From NCBI GenBank assembly GCA_964016885.1, contig OZ024743.1:236220001-236284000 (forward strand): a stretch of 64,000 nucleotides of DNA. Direction: 5' to 3'. Under the pieces are notes generated by a model. It was not told where the DNA came from. It worked only from the letters and a program-made list of their open reading frames with translations, and ran no database searches. Positions 12,272 through 26,109 of this stretch are shown piece after piece. Every line of letters begins with the position of its first letter. The first letter of the stretch is position 1. Source of the DNA: Eledone cirrhosa. Taxonomy: Eukaryota. The position numbers and the translations under genes were made by a program.

Positions 12272-12795
12272 TATGCCTTCGTGCCAGATGATTGAACGTC
12301 TGAAAGTATATACTTTCCTTATGCATATTAACGGCTGAGCAGCCTAATTTGCATATCGAGTGAGTTAATCGGCCGGGCGCACGGAAAACGATAAACGGAA
12401 AAAATGAAACGAAATTTCATTTCTCACTCTTAGTACGGCTGTTACTTAAATATAAGTATGTATACGTACATACATATATGTATACAGACGTACAGTAGTA
12501 TGTATACATACATGCACATATATATATATATATATATATATGTACGTATGGATTTACCGAAGATTTATTATAATGCTCGGTGTGTTTGTAAACAAACATC
12601 CCGAATTAAGCCGTACAGTGTTTAGCAACCATCGTTGCTCTTTTGTTTCATTTTTCGTTTCATTTTTTCCGTTTATCGTTTTCGGTGCGCCCGGCCGATT
12701 AACTCACTCGATATGCAAATTAGGCTGCTCAGCCGTTAATATGCATACGGAAAGTATATACTTTCAGACGTTCAATCATCTGGCAGGAAGGTATA

Positions 12796-12836
12796 CGGTG
12801 CTGACGATAGCTAATAAGCTTGAAACTAGTACAGCG
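12796..12836 (+). ncRNA. Type-I hammerhead ribozyme motif
   Basis: CGGTG-CTGACGA-TAGCTAATAAGCTT-GAAA-CTAG-TA-CAGCG. Confidence 0.75.
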
Positions 12837-13096
12837 TTCCTTTGTCAGTGTTGAACAAAAGAGCAACGATGGTTGCTAAACACTGTACAGCTTAATTCGG
12901 GATGTTTGTTTACAAACACACCGAGCATTATAATAAATGTTCGGTAAATCCATACGTACACATATATATGTGTGCATGTATGTATATATACATTCTACAG
13001 TACGTCTGTACACATATATGTATGTACGTATACATACTTATATTTAAGTAACAGCCATACTAAGAGTGAGAAATGAAATTTCGTTTCATTTTTTCC

Positions 13097-13135
<39 letters not shown>

Positions 13136-13370
13136 AAGAGTGAAGAATAACATGATCGGTTGTACAAAAAGGCTTTTATTTAGAGTATTAACAATTGTTT
13201 CATTGGTCAGGTGAGTCTAAAGGCCGTTAATCACTCGAAGTTGCGTCACTCGACCTTAAATACCTTATATACAAGAAGTGTAAGTTAAGAGGTTAAAATG
13301 AACTTTGTTTATTCATATCCGCTGTTATATACATATATATACATACATACATATATCTATATACATACAA

Positions 13371-13464
<94 letters not shown>

Positions 13465-13535
13465 TGGTAGCTAAGATGCTTCCATAGGCGGTATGCCGGT
13501 TGGGCACTCTATGCTCTTACAGAGCAGAGTATGAT

Positions 13536-13777
13536 ATAATATAAAACGAAATATCAGTGATGCATCTGATCTCAGTTTATTGCGTGTTACAATTGTTTCG
13601 CCGGCGGACAGCTCGAGACACGATCATTGTGTGGATCTGTCTGATTCTGGATCTGCTCGAATCTGCAGATCCAGAATCAGACAGATCCACACAATGATCG
13701 TGTCTCGAGCTGTCCGCCGGCGAAACAAGTGTAACACGCAATAAACTGAGTTCAGATGAATCACTGATTTTTCGTTT

Positions 13778-13786
<9 letters not shown>
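13536..13786. repeat. ~120-bp-arm hairpin of PLE terminal sequence
   Basis: Arms meet at GGATCTGC-TCGAATCT-GCAGATCC. GATCGTGTCTCGAGCTG..GCC..GAAACAA(T)TGTAA is shared with the PLE end at 24579-24620. Confidence 0.9.
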
Positions 13787-13850
<64 letters not shown>

Positions 13851-13883
13851 AAGAAATTAAAAGATGGTTAAAAAAGTTCCATG

Positions 13884-13954
13884 TATTTTATTATGCGCAT
13901 TTCAAAAACAAATATCATCCTGGGACGATATGTGCGTTCTCATCAGAAAAAATA
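13884..13954 (-). ncRNA. Type-I hammerhead ribozyme motif
   Basis: Minus: TATTTTTT-CTGATGA-[long stem II]-GAAA-TGCGCA-TA-ATAAAATA; palindromic ATGCGCAT. Confidence 0.75.
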
Positions 13955-14085
13955 GGAAGACATGATCATATGAAGCTTAAAAAAACCCCTTGTGAGCAAG
14001 GTAGTGTCTAATCAACATAATGACATGTTGATTAGACACTACCTTGCTCACAAGGGTTTTTTTTAAGCTTCATATCATGTCTCCC

Positions 14086-14156
14086 TATTTTATCTGACGA
14101 GAACGCAAATATCATCCCAGGATGATATTTGTTTTTGAAATGAGCATAATAAAATA
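14086..14156 (+). ncRNA. Type-I hammerhead ribozyme motif
   Basis: TATTTTAT-CTGACGA-GAACG-CAAATATCATCC-CA-GGATGATATTTG-TTTTT-GAAA-TGAGCA-TA-ATAAAATA; perfect 8-bp stem I. Confidence 0.8.
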
Positions 14157-14280
14157 CATGGAACTTTTTTAACCAACTTTTCATTTCTTCTTATATATAC
14201 TCCAGTCCAATAAACTGCTGAGTGCTACTTATCCGATATTTGCATTGCTTTATTGTGCTACAATAAAACTCACCTCCTAC

Positions 14281-14312
<32 letters not shown>

Positions 14313-14317
<5 letters not shown>

Positions 14318-14370
14318 TTTGAAGAGGTCACAGAGTGTGTGACGAAAGGACTATGACTATATATAAACAA
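14313..14370 (+). ncRNA. Degenerate hammerhead-like motif
   Basis: TTGTTT-TTGAAGA-G-GTCACA-GAGTG-TGTGAC-GAAA...AAACAA; core C mutated and stem III unclear. Confidence 0.4.
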
Positions 14371-14519
14371 CTATCTGGTTGTGGAACCAACCAACCAACC
14401 AGAAATTTATAAGTTTGTGGATTTGTAAATTTATAAATTTATAAATATATAATAAATTGAAGTGAAAGCAACTGGTGCGTGTGTTTCTTATTGGCAACAT
14501 GACCCTCCCAAAGTATAAA

Positions 14520-15062
<543 letters not shown>

Positions 15063-15067
<5 letters not shown>

Positions 15068-15690
15068 TCTTCTCTACTTTTGCCCGACCACACCTTGAAT
15101 ACTGTTGTCCACTGTGGTCTCCCCACATGAAACAAAGTATCATGAAACTTGAAGCTTCTCAAAGGGCAATCACGAAAAAGATAGATGGCATGTCAGACCT
15201 TGACTACTGGGGTCGATTAGAAAACCTGAAACTTTACTCACTCCAACGTCGCCGTGAGCGTTATATTATCTGCATGATGTGGAAAATGTTCCATCATCAC
15301 TGCCCAAATGATGTTGGCATCGCCTTCAAGATACACCCAAGGCTTGGGCCCCGTGCTATCCGTCCCATTCAAAAATCTAAATCGCAACTCATAACAACAA
15401 TACGGCACAATTATTTCACCTCAATCGGCCCTGCTCTCTTCAACATCACACCAGGACACGTCAAAACAGAAACTGACCACACAAAATTCAAGAAGTCTTT
15501 GGACAAATTCCTCCAAGTAATCCCGGACAAACCACCCACACCCGGATATGTCTCCGCAAACAGTAATTCTCTTCTCGAATGGGCCATGGTGCCCAAATCC
15601 TGAATTGAAAGACTTCGCCAGGTGGTGCTATTAAGTTAGACATGGCCTGGGCCAATACTGGCCAAAACATTTCAAAGTTATTCAAAGTTA
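15063..15690 (+). mobile_element. 5'-truncated CR1/L2-group LINE 3' end
   Basis: [14 protein letters not shown]...[10 protein letters not shown]...[20 protein letters not shown]...FKKSLDKFL; open to the stop at 15603; short repeated tail TTCAAAGTTA x2. Confidence 0.85.
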
Positions 15691-15710
15691 TATGTATATA
15701 CATATATATG

Positions 15711-15757
<47 letters not shown>

Positions 15758-15886
15758 GTATATACATATATATGTATATACATATATATGTATATACATA
15801 TATATGTATATACATATATATGTATATACATATATATGTATATACATATATATGTATATACATATATATGTATATACATATATATG

Positions 15887-15921
<35 letters not shown>

Positions 15922-15925
15922 GTAT
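15690..15925. repeat. TA-rich array with a 16-bp palindromic unit (TATATGTATATACATA)
   Basis: Direct reading. Confidence 0.85.
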
Positions 15926-16251
15926 TAGAATTGGTGCTCTGAAATAGCGATGTATACATGAATGTATATATAGTATATTTGGCAATATACTGTATGCTTA
16001 ATTAAAAACATTTTGAAGACCTTGCACTATTATTGTAAAGCAGTGACTATGTCACTTACTTCTTTTTTCAACAAACACAGGGAGAGAAGCTGACAGATCT
16101 GTTTCCTACTGTTGGTAATCATCAGAGCTTAGCACTCGCCTTTGCCTGTTGAAAATTATAGATGTTGGATTCTTATAGAATTCCAGTAATAATCAGGAAC
16201 TGACTATACAGAGCCATTATATATATAAATATATACAGACCCCCCCCCCCG

Positions 16252-16305
<54 letters not shown>

Positions 16306-16404
16306 CTATGTGTCTGTGTGTCTGTGTGTGTGTGTAAAAGGTAAACAGAAATAACAACACAATCGGTACAGTATATTGAAGGGTTATATGAGGTTAACGT
16401 TTGA

Positions 16405-16737
16405 TATACCAGGTTGCGGCTGGCGAAAGTGTCGCTGCAAGTGGCATCTCAGACGAGGGGTTTGCCACCGCGGAACGGGAAGATGGTCATACCGTCTGGA
16501 CTTTTGCCATCCCTTCGGTCCAGCCCCACCGGCTCGAGCTGGGAGGGGAAGCCTGCAGCGTCCAAGCCATGCTTAATGACCTTTTTGAGGTCAGCATGGC
16601 GTGGAAGGCGGCCGGCACTGTGGCGACAGGAAAGCTGGTGGAGTCCGAAAGAGTCCACGGTAGATCCACAGCGACATTTATGTGTCTCGCAGATCCAGAG
16701 CCCAAGCCGCAAGGAAACGCCGATGTGCAGGATATCG

Positions 16738-16738
<1 letters not shown>
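16405..16738 (-). mobile_element. CRE-clade non-LTR retrotransposon fragment (CCHC finger plus RLE)
   Basis: RLGL...CRCG...GLHQLSC...RH...[31 protein letters not shown]. Confidence 0.8.
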
Positions 16739-16811
<73 letters not shown>

Positions 16812-16907
16812 TTCAGGAGGGATTCAGTATGAAACTAGTTAGACCATTACTCCCCAGAGTACTCGATACTTGGGCTAGTAGAGTATGGTTATATTATAAA
16901 GAGTCGA

Positions 16908-17003
16908 GACCCCGACGGCTGAGCTCTTGCCGTTTCAACAGCTAGTTCCAGACTGATTGTCGAAGGCATTGGCTGTGAACTGACTGTCTCATCAGGAGGG
17001 GTC
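16908..17003 (-). ncRNA. Full-size type-I hammerhead ribozyme motif
   Basis: Minus: GACCCC-TC-CTGATGA-GACAG...CTGTT-GAAA-CGGC-AAGAGCTCA-GCCG-TC-GGGGTC; all three stems pair, with a GUC cleavage triplet. Confidence 0.85.
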
Positions 17004-17084
17004 ATTTGTCCAAATAAGGGCATAAATTGTTTATCCAATTGTAAACACTTTTTCACAAAAGTGTTTTTTGTTGAGGGAGGAGTT

Positions 17085-17335
17085 GTATGTGGTTGTGTGT
17101 ATATCTGGTATAGTGAGTGTATATATATATATATGTGTGTCTGTGTTTATATATATCGGGTATAGTGAGTGTATATATATATATATATATATGTGTGTCT
17201 GTGTGTATATATATCTGGTATAGTGAGTGTATATATATATGTGTGTGTGTGTGTATATGGTTGTGTGTATATATATCTGGTATAGTGAGTGTATATATAT
17301 AAATGTGTGTGTCTACATGCGGGTGTGTGTATATA
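17085..17335. repeat. ~60-bp minisatellite (ATATCTGGTATAGTGAGTG plus TA/TG), 4 units
   Basis: Motif at ~17101, 17153, 17212 and 17273. Confidence 0.8.
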
Positions 17336-17370
17336 TATATGTGTACATCTACATATGCGTTCAAGTGTTT

Positions 17371-17439
<69 letters not shown>

Positions 17440-17442
<3 letters not shown>

Positions 17443-17585
17443 TTCGCTTCAAGCATAGCTTTATACAATATCTATAAATATTTCGTATCTCCAAAGAAAT
17501 ACGGTTTTAGGAAGCCGTAGCTATGCAAACACCGAGGGGAAATATTTATACATATTGTATAAAGCTATGCGTGAAGCGAAATCCT
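17440..17585. repeat. Fold-back with ~47-bp arms abutting (TA)n
   Basis: GATTTCGCTTCAAGCATAGCTTTATACAATAT / ATATTGTATAAAGCTATGCGTGAAGCGAAATC. Confidence 0.85.
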
Positions 17586-17664
17586 ATTTCTTTTCTATTA
17601 TAATTTGACCCCACTTATGCAGCTTCATATGCAAATGAGATTAATCACCTCATTTACACAGACG

Positions 17665-18363
17665 AGAATAGAAATGGCTGTGTAGTTGCTATTTAAGGTA
17701 ACTTAAAATGCAGTGAGAGTGGTATCTTGTCTTTAAAGCGTAGAAATATCCGAGACCCCTAGTAGACAACTGATGGGGACCCCCCCCCCGTTCTTCCTTT
17801 CTTTATATTCCCACTGCATTTTAAGTTACCTTAAATAGCAACTACACAACCATTTCTATTCTCCATATATTTCATCATGTTTCTCTCCCCTTCTACCTTC
17901 CTATTTCGCCACTTTCTACTCTCACCCCTCTTTCTTCGCCTCCCTTTCTCCCTATCTACTCTTACCCCACTTTCTCCATCTCCCTTTCTCCCTCTCACTT
18001 TCACCCCCTCGTCTGACCGTTTAGCAGTTCTCTTCTCACTTACAACTGCGGCCATCGGACGTGTGTCTTTGCTCTCGATTACTCGGTCTCGAACTTAAGT
18101 TCTATTATCGAGTGGTCTTGGATTTCCTACCTATAACTGCTCGCACATTGCTCGGTTTGTGTATTTTTTTCACTGTTTTGTTACTGTTTCTCTTTTCTTC
18201 CCCTTTGCTTTCCTTCCCTCCTGCCTTCGTTTTCCCAATAACTTATCCAGTTATTGACGCCCTGGGGTGAAGTGGTATCTTGTCTTTAAAGCGTAGAAAT
18301 ATCCAAGATCCCCAGTAGACAACTGATGAGAACCCCCCCCCCCTGTTCTTGCTTTCTTCGTTT
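17665..18363 (+). mobile_element. Rearranged PLE-like end: 55-bp inverted arms enclosing a ~85-bp segment that is directly repeated at 18272-18360
   Basis: 17665-17720 is inverted to 17809-17863. GTGGTATCTTGTCTTTAAAGCG...AGACAACTGATG occurs at 17719 and 18272. Ends CTTCGTT-TATATA. Confidence 0.55.
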
Positions 18364-18375
18364 ATATATATATAT

Positions 18376-20262
18376 AACGAAGGAGGTGTGGTAAGTATGG
18401 ACCTTAACCCACCAGAGTACTCAATACTTAGGGTAGTAGAGTGGGTAATAGGAAAATGTTCAAGACCAGACGACAGAGCTCAAGCCGTTTCGACGGCTAT
18501 TTCTGTACTAAAGTAGAATTTTTATCGTGGTAATAAATAGCCGAACTTTTCAAGGGGTAATTCCTTATATGGGAAGATTGTAGTTGTCAAAAGGATTGGT
18601 CAAAATTTCTTGTAAACACAATTAAATCTTTCATGGCAGTGGGTGGGAGGTGGGGGTCACCGTACTTGCCTGTAGAACAATGAGGGAGTGGGTGGAGCCG
18701 GTCAAGCGTTGAAAGTGAATTCTATACAGAAAATTCTAAGGAGTGTGTATGAAATTAGGCTAGCTAGAAAGCAGGCGAAAGAAGAATTCTGGAGGAATTT
18801 GAGAGTGGGAAGTTATAAAATTAAAAGGTTAATAAATTGAAATTAAAAAGTTAAAAAATAATTGTTTCTACTTTTAGGCACAAGGCCAGCAATTACCCAG
18901 TGCATTACTGGTACTTTTATTTTATCGACCCCGTAAGGATGAAAGGCAAAGTCAACCTCGGCGGGATTTGAACTCAGATCGTAAAGGGACGTAACTATGC
19001 TGGAAAGCATGGCGTCCGACGCCTCTAGAAAATAATAAATAAAAATAATAATAATGTTAAAAAATAAAATAATTAAAAAAATAAAAAATAATAAAAAGCC
19101 TAGAGTCTAAAGCAGCTGCTATATTTTTTAGCTGGTATTGCGTTTTCGGCCAGTGTTATATAGAATTTACTGGGGTGGGGGTACTGAGACAACAAAAGCT
19201 CGATGGGCTGCTTCATGGTAAGCAAAAGAGGATAAGGGAAAAGGAAGAAGAGAGGGAGTGGAAGGAAGTGAGAAGAAGAGATAAAAGGAAAAAAGAAAAG
19301 AGGTGCATCTACTTATGTAAGGTGGGGTTTCCCCTATCTTGTTCGGCAAGTGGGGAAAAGAAGGATGTTGCAGCCATTGTCTACCCACCTGGGTCATGAG
19401 GGAGTTTACATGCAGTTACAAGTTCGTCTTTTTTGTTTAGGAGTTGGTCCTTCGTAAACAGCATTTGTATTGTTTCCTCCGAGCATAATTTCCACCAACG
19501 GCGTCCTCCCGTGTAGGAGTTAGCTCTGAACAGTAAGCTCCAAGTAAGATGGTATGTTATGTTATTATCTTGGAGGTCCCAGATGTGACCCAAAAGGATA
19601 GTGGCATGTTTCCGGGTCGGGTTTCTGAACGTATGTCGGTGTTGGTAGAGCCGGGTCTTAAAGTCACAAGCGCTTAATCCTCTTTAGGTTTTGTTGGAGT
19701 TTTCCGTCCTCACGTTGCATTGGTAGATCACGTTACGTTCTCGGCATCTGTTGTTGAGGGGGAACGTAGATCTATCATGGCAGTTACACCTCCTGGTCGG
19801 CTCTCCACTAATGTCTAGGTTGTTTCTTCGATAGGAGTTGAGTTTTTTGTCGTTTGAGGAGGCGATGTTTTGTGCGAAGTTGGGTGTAGTGCTGTAGGAG
19901 AGTTTCATAGTGTTTTTGTTGATTATGTTGTGGTAGCGGTGTTGTGGTGGGAAGTGTTTTTCGAGGAGCCTAAAGAAGATTTTCCCGATTGGTGTTGCAA
20001 CCTCTGCATTGTGGGGAGGGTTGAACCACGTTACGTGGCATGAGCGGCGGCGTCGCCTGCTGGTTCCGCTAAGGGAAGCTGGATAAAAGGAGATTTCCTC
20101 CAGAAAGCCGATTTACTTGAGGGCCTGATTGTAATGAGGCGCATGTTCATCGAATATCGGCTCATTAGCGGACAAACGAGATATGCGGAAGGAGATATTT
20201 TTAACCAGGTTATTGGTGATGTTTCTAGGATGGTTAGAGTGGCGGTTGCTGTCCAACATCTC
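18376..20262 (-). mobile_element. 5'-truncated Penelope-like element: RT thumb, linker, GIY-YIG endonuclease, 3' UTR and terminal repeat
   Basis: SNHPRNI...ISRLSANEPIF...YNQALK; WFNPP; KLSYS; CNCHDRSTFPLNNRC..NVIYQC; FKTRLYQH; HIWDL...TW...KLCSEE...LLNKKDELVTACK. Pseudogenised. The terminal part shares GAAACGGC(T)TGAGCTC with 16908 and 22390. Confidence 0.85.
18858..19022 (-). mobile_element. SINE inserted in the PLE 3' UTR
   Basis: Reverse complement of the SINE family, slightly 5' truncated. Confidence 0.9.
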
Positions 20263-20394
20263 TCTTGGACTGGTCTGTTTCCCTGAAACCTTTGGTAAAT
20301 AGAATAATTGTCTTTTGTTGTTTATTACATAATTAAATAGCCCTGTAGCATACATAGAACACTCTCCTTTCCTTTACCCTTCCTATAGAAATAC

Positions 20395-20474
<80 letters not shown>

Positions 20475-20544
20475 ATGATCGAAACTGACTCTGAAATCGC
20501 AAGGTCTTCAGATACGTCTCGTTTCTACGTTCAGAGTTTCCAGT

Positions 20545-22346
<1,802 letters not shown>

Positions 22347-22348
<2 letters not shown>

Positions 22349-22428
22349 CGAAGGAAATGTGGTAAGGAACCAGGTGGTCCAGAATTAGCCGTCGAAACGG
22401 CTTGAGCTCAGCCGTAGGGGGTCTTACT

Positions 22429-22431
<3 letters not shown>
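22347..22431. mobile_element. 85-bp PLE mini-fragment between (TA)n tracts: element end joined to an inverted hammerhead 3' half
   Basis: AACGAAGGA..TGTGGTAAG (cf. 18377), then GAAA-CGGC-TTGAGCTCA-GCCG-TA-GGGGGTC. Confidence 0.65.
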
Positions 22432-22523
<92 letters not shown>

Positions 22524-22526
<3 letters not shown>

Positions 22527-23180
22527 GGAATAGAATGAAACGAAATTTCATTTCTCACTCTTAGTACGGCACTTACTTAAATGTAAGTATGTATGTATGT
22601 ATACGTACATACATATATGTATACAGACGTACAGTAGTATGTATATATATACATACATGCACACATATATATATATGCACGTATCGGTTTACCGAACATT
22701 TATTATAATGTGAACATTTATTATAATGTAGCTAATAAGCTTGAAACTAGTACATCGTTCTTGTGTCAGTGTTGAACAAAAAGGTGACGTGGTTGCCTAA
22801 ACATTGTACGGCGTAATTCGGGCTGTTTGTTTGTTTACAAACAAACAAACCGAGCATTATAATAAATGTTCGGTAAACCGATACGTGCATATATATATAT
22901 GTGTGCATGTATGTATATATATACATACTACTGTACGTCTGTATACATATATGTATGTACGTATACATACATACATACTTACATTTAAGTAAGTGCCGTA
23001 CTAAGAGTGAGAAATGAAATTTCGTTTCATTCTATTCCATTTATCGTTTTCGGTGCGCCCGGCCGACTGAACTCACTCGATATGCAAATTAGGCTGCTCA
23101 GCCGTTAATATGCATAAGGAAAGTATATACTTTCAGACGTTCAACCTTCTGGCAGGAAGTTATACGATGCTGACGATAGC
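22524..23180. mobile_element. Second locus of the ~445-bp hammerhead repeat: partial unit plus one inverted, permuted monomer
   Basis: 22524-22710 is inverted to ~22855-23042. 22729-23180 starts with TAGCTAATAAGCTTGAAACTAGTACATCG and ends with CGATGCTGACGATAGC. Confidence 0.85.
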
Positions 23181-24787
<1,607 letters not shown>

Positions 24788-24913
24788 ATGTGTGTGTGTG
24801 TGTATGTGTGTCTGGTGAATTTATGATAAATAGGTGAAACTCCTGAGTTACAAGACTCACTATTTATCCTTAATAAAAAAAAATATATATATATATATTC
24901 ACACACACATATA

Positions 24914-25252
24914 TTAGGTTGGGCTGAAAGTTCTCACCATTTTTTCAAATTTTTATTGATGTTGGCATCAAATTAATCACCATTAGCAGCGATTACCATC
25001 TGTCATCGTTTAGGAAGACATGATTCCATCCTTGTAGAACTCTTCTGGCTTCGATTCAAAGATTTTCTCAGCCACTGATTTAACTGGTCTTCATTGTGGA
25101 AGGTATTTGACTGGATTGCTCATTAAAAGGAAAAGGTGAGAGTCTGTAGGTGTGAGGTCGGGCAAATATGGTGGGTGGGGCAGAACCTCCCAATCTAGCT
25201 CCAGCAGCTTCTCGTGGGTCATCCTTGATGTATGCGGCCAAGCGTTACCACG
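24914..25252 (-). mobile_element. mariner transposon 3' fragment with one TIR
   Basis: Minus: NAWPHTS...KLLELDWEVLPHPPYLPDLTPTDSHLF (cf. mariner HPPYSPDLAPSD). TA|TTAGGTTGG TIR at 24914. Confidence 0.85.
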
Positions 25253-25854
25253 GAGGAATTAAACAGGACCACGACGTGAGTGCGTCTGAGAGATTTTCGT
25301 CTCTAATTTGTCAAGCTGTGGGCAATAATTGTCAGAGGTTATGTTGGTGTGCAATAGTGCCTCTTGAGTCAGTAAATATAGTCTTTACAAACCGTACAGA
25401 ACACAAATGTGGGGTCTATGTAGTTGACCATTTTAAATTGTGGACAACCTACGTTATTCCTATCTGCTGACCTACAGAATACACTATCTAGATAGGAGCT
25501 GAATGACCTAATGTGTTTGACCGTGTCCATACTAGCACATTCGAGAAGTCCAGACGGTACCAATCAGACAGTTGGAAACATCTAAGCAGGTTTGCGAGGA
25601 CTTTGTACCGTCCTTCACTAGTTTTTAGTCTCATACAGTCCCAGGATGCGTCTAAGATACTGTTCCAATCTTCTACTGAGTAGTTCCGATGGTATTTGTG
25701 TAACTCTTACTTTTGCCAATCTCTGGTCACAAATAGGATTAGATCTTCACTTTTCAGCTGAGTTGGATCTTTCCTCTGTGACAACCTCACACCATTCCAT
25801 ATCTCTTTCCTCGATCGATGTGGCTTTTGTGTTAATATTAATTATTGTTTTCTA

Positions 25855-26045
25855 AGGGCGGGGATTGGCAGTATCGGTAGAGGGTCGGACGCCATGCTTT
25901 GCAGCAAAGAGTTATGGCTTTTTATGGTCTAAGTTCAAATCCTGCCGCGGTTAACTTTGCCTTTCATCCTTACAGGGTCGATAAAATAAAGTACCAGTAA
26001 CACACTGGGGTAATTGCTGGCCTTGTGTCAAAAGTAGAAACAATT
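25855..26045 (+). mobile_element. Full-length SINE with 18-bp TSD
   Basis: ATTAATTATTGTTTTCTA at 25837-25854 and 26043-26060. Confidence 0.95.
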
Positions 26046-26109
26046 AATTATTGTTTTCTACCATAACAAGACCATTAATTTGGGGAATGGCGAAGACGAT
26101 CAAAGGAAA

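Larger units (their letters stand above)
12008..13102. mobile_element. ~440-bp non-coding hammerhead repeat (retrozyme/pLTR-like): ~1.45 tandem units plus one inverted unit
   Basis: Anchors recur at 12011/12453 and 12107/12541. Inversion at ~12650. The inverted unit 12653-13102 has TTTCGTTTCATTTTTTCCGTTTAT at both ends. Confidence 0.85.
13843..14199. repeat. ~175-bp-arm hairpin with a hammerhead in each arm
   Basis: Arms meet at TCAACAT-AATGAC-ATGTTGA; both arms end in TATATA. Confidence 0.9.

Noticed and set aside
25369-25830. FCTVCKDYIY (ZnF-UBP-like) and KVRVTQIPSEL (LINE ORF1-like) peptides on the minus strand
   Set aside because: Short matches broken by stops, with no supporting motifs or splice evidence; needs a tBLASTn/HMM search.
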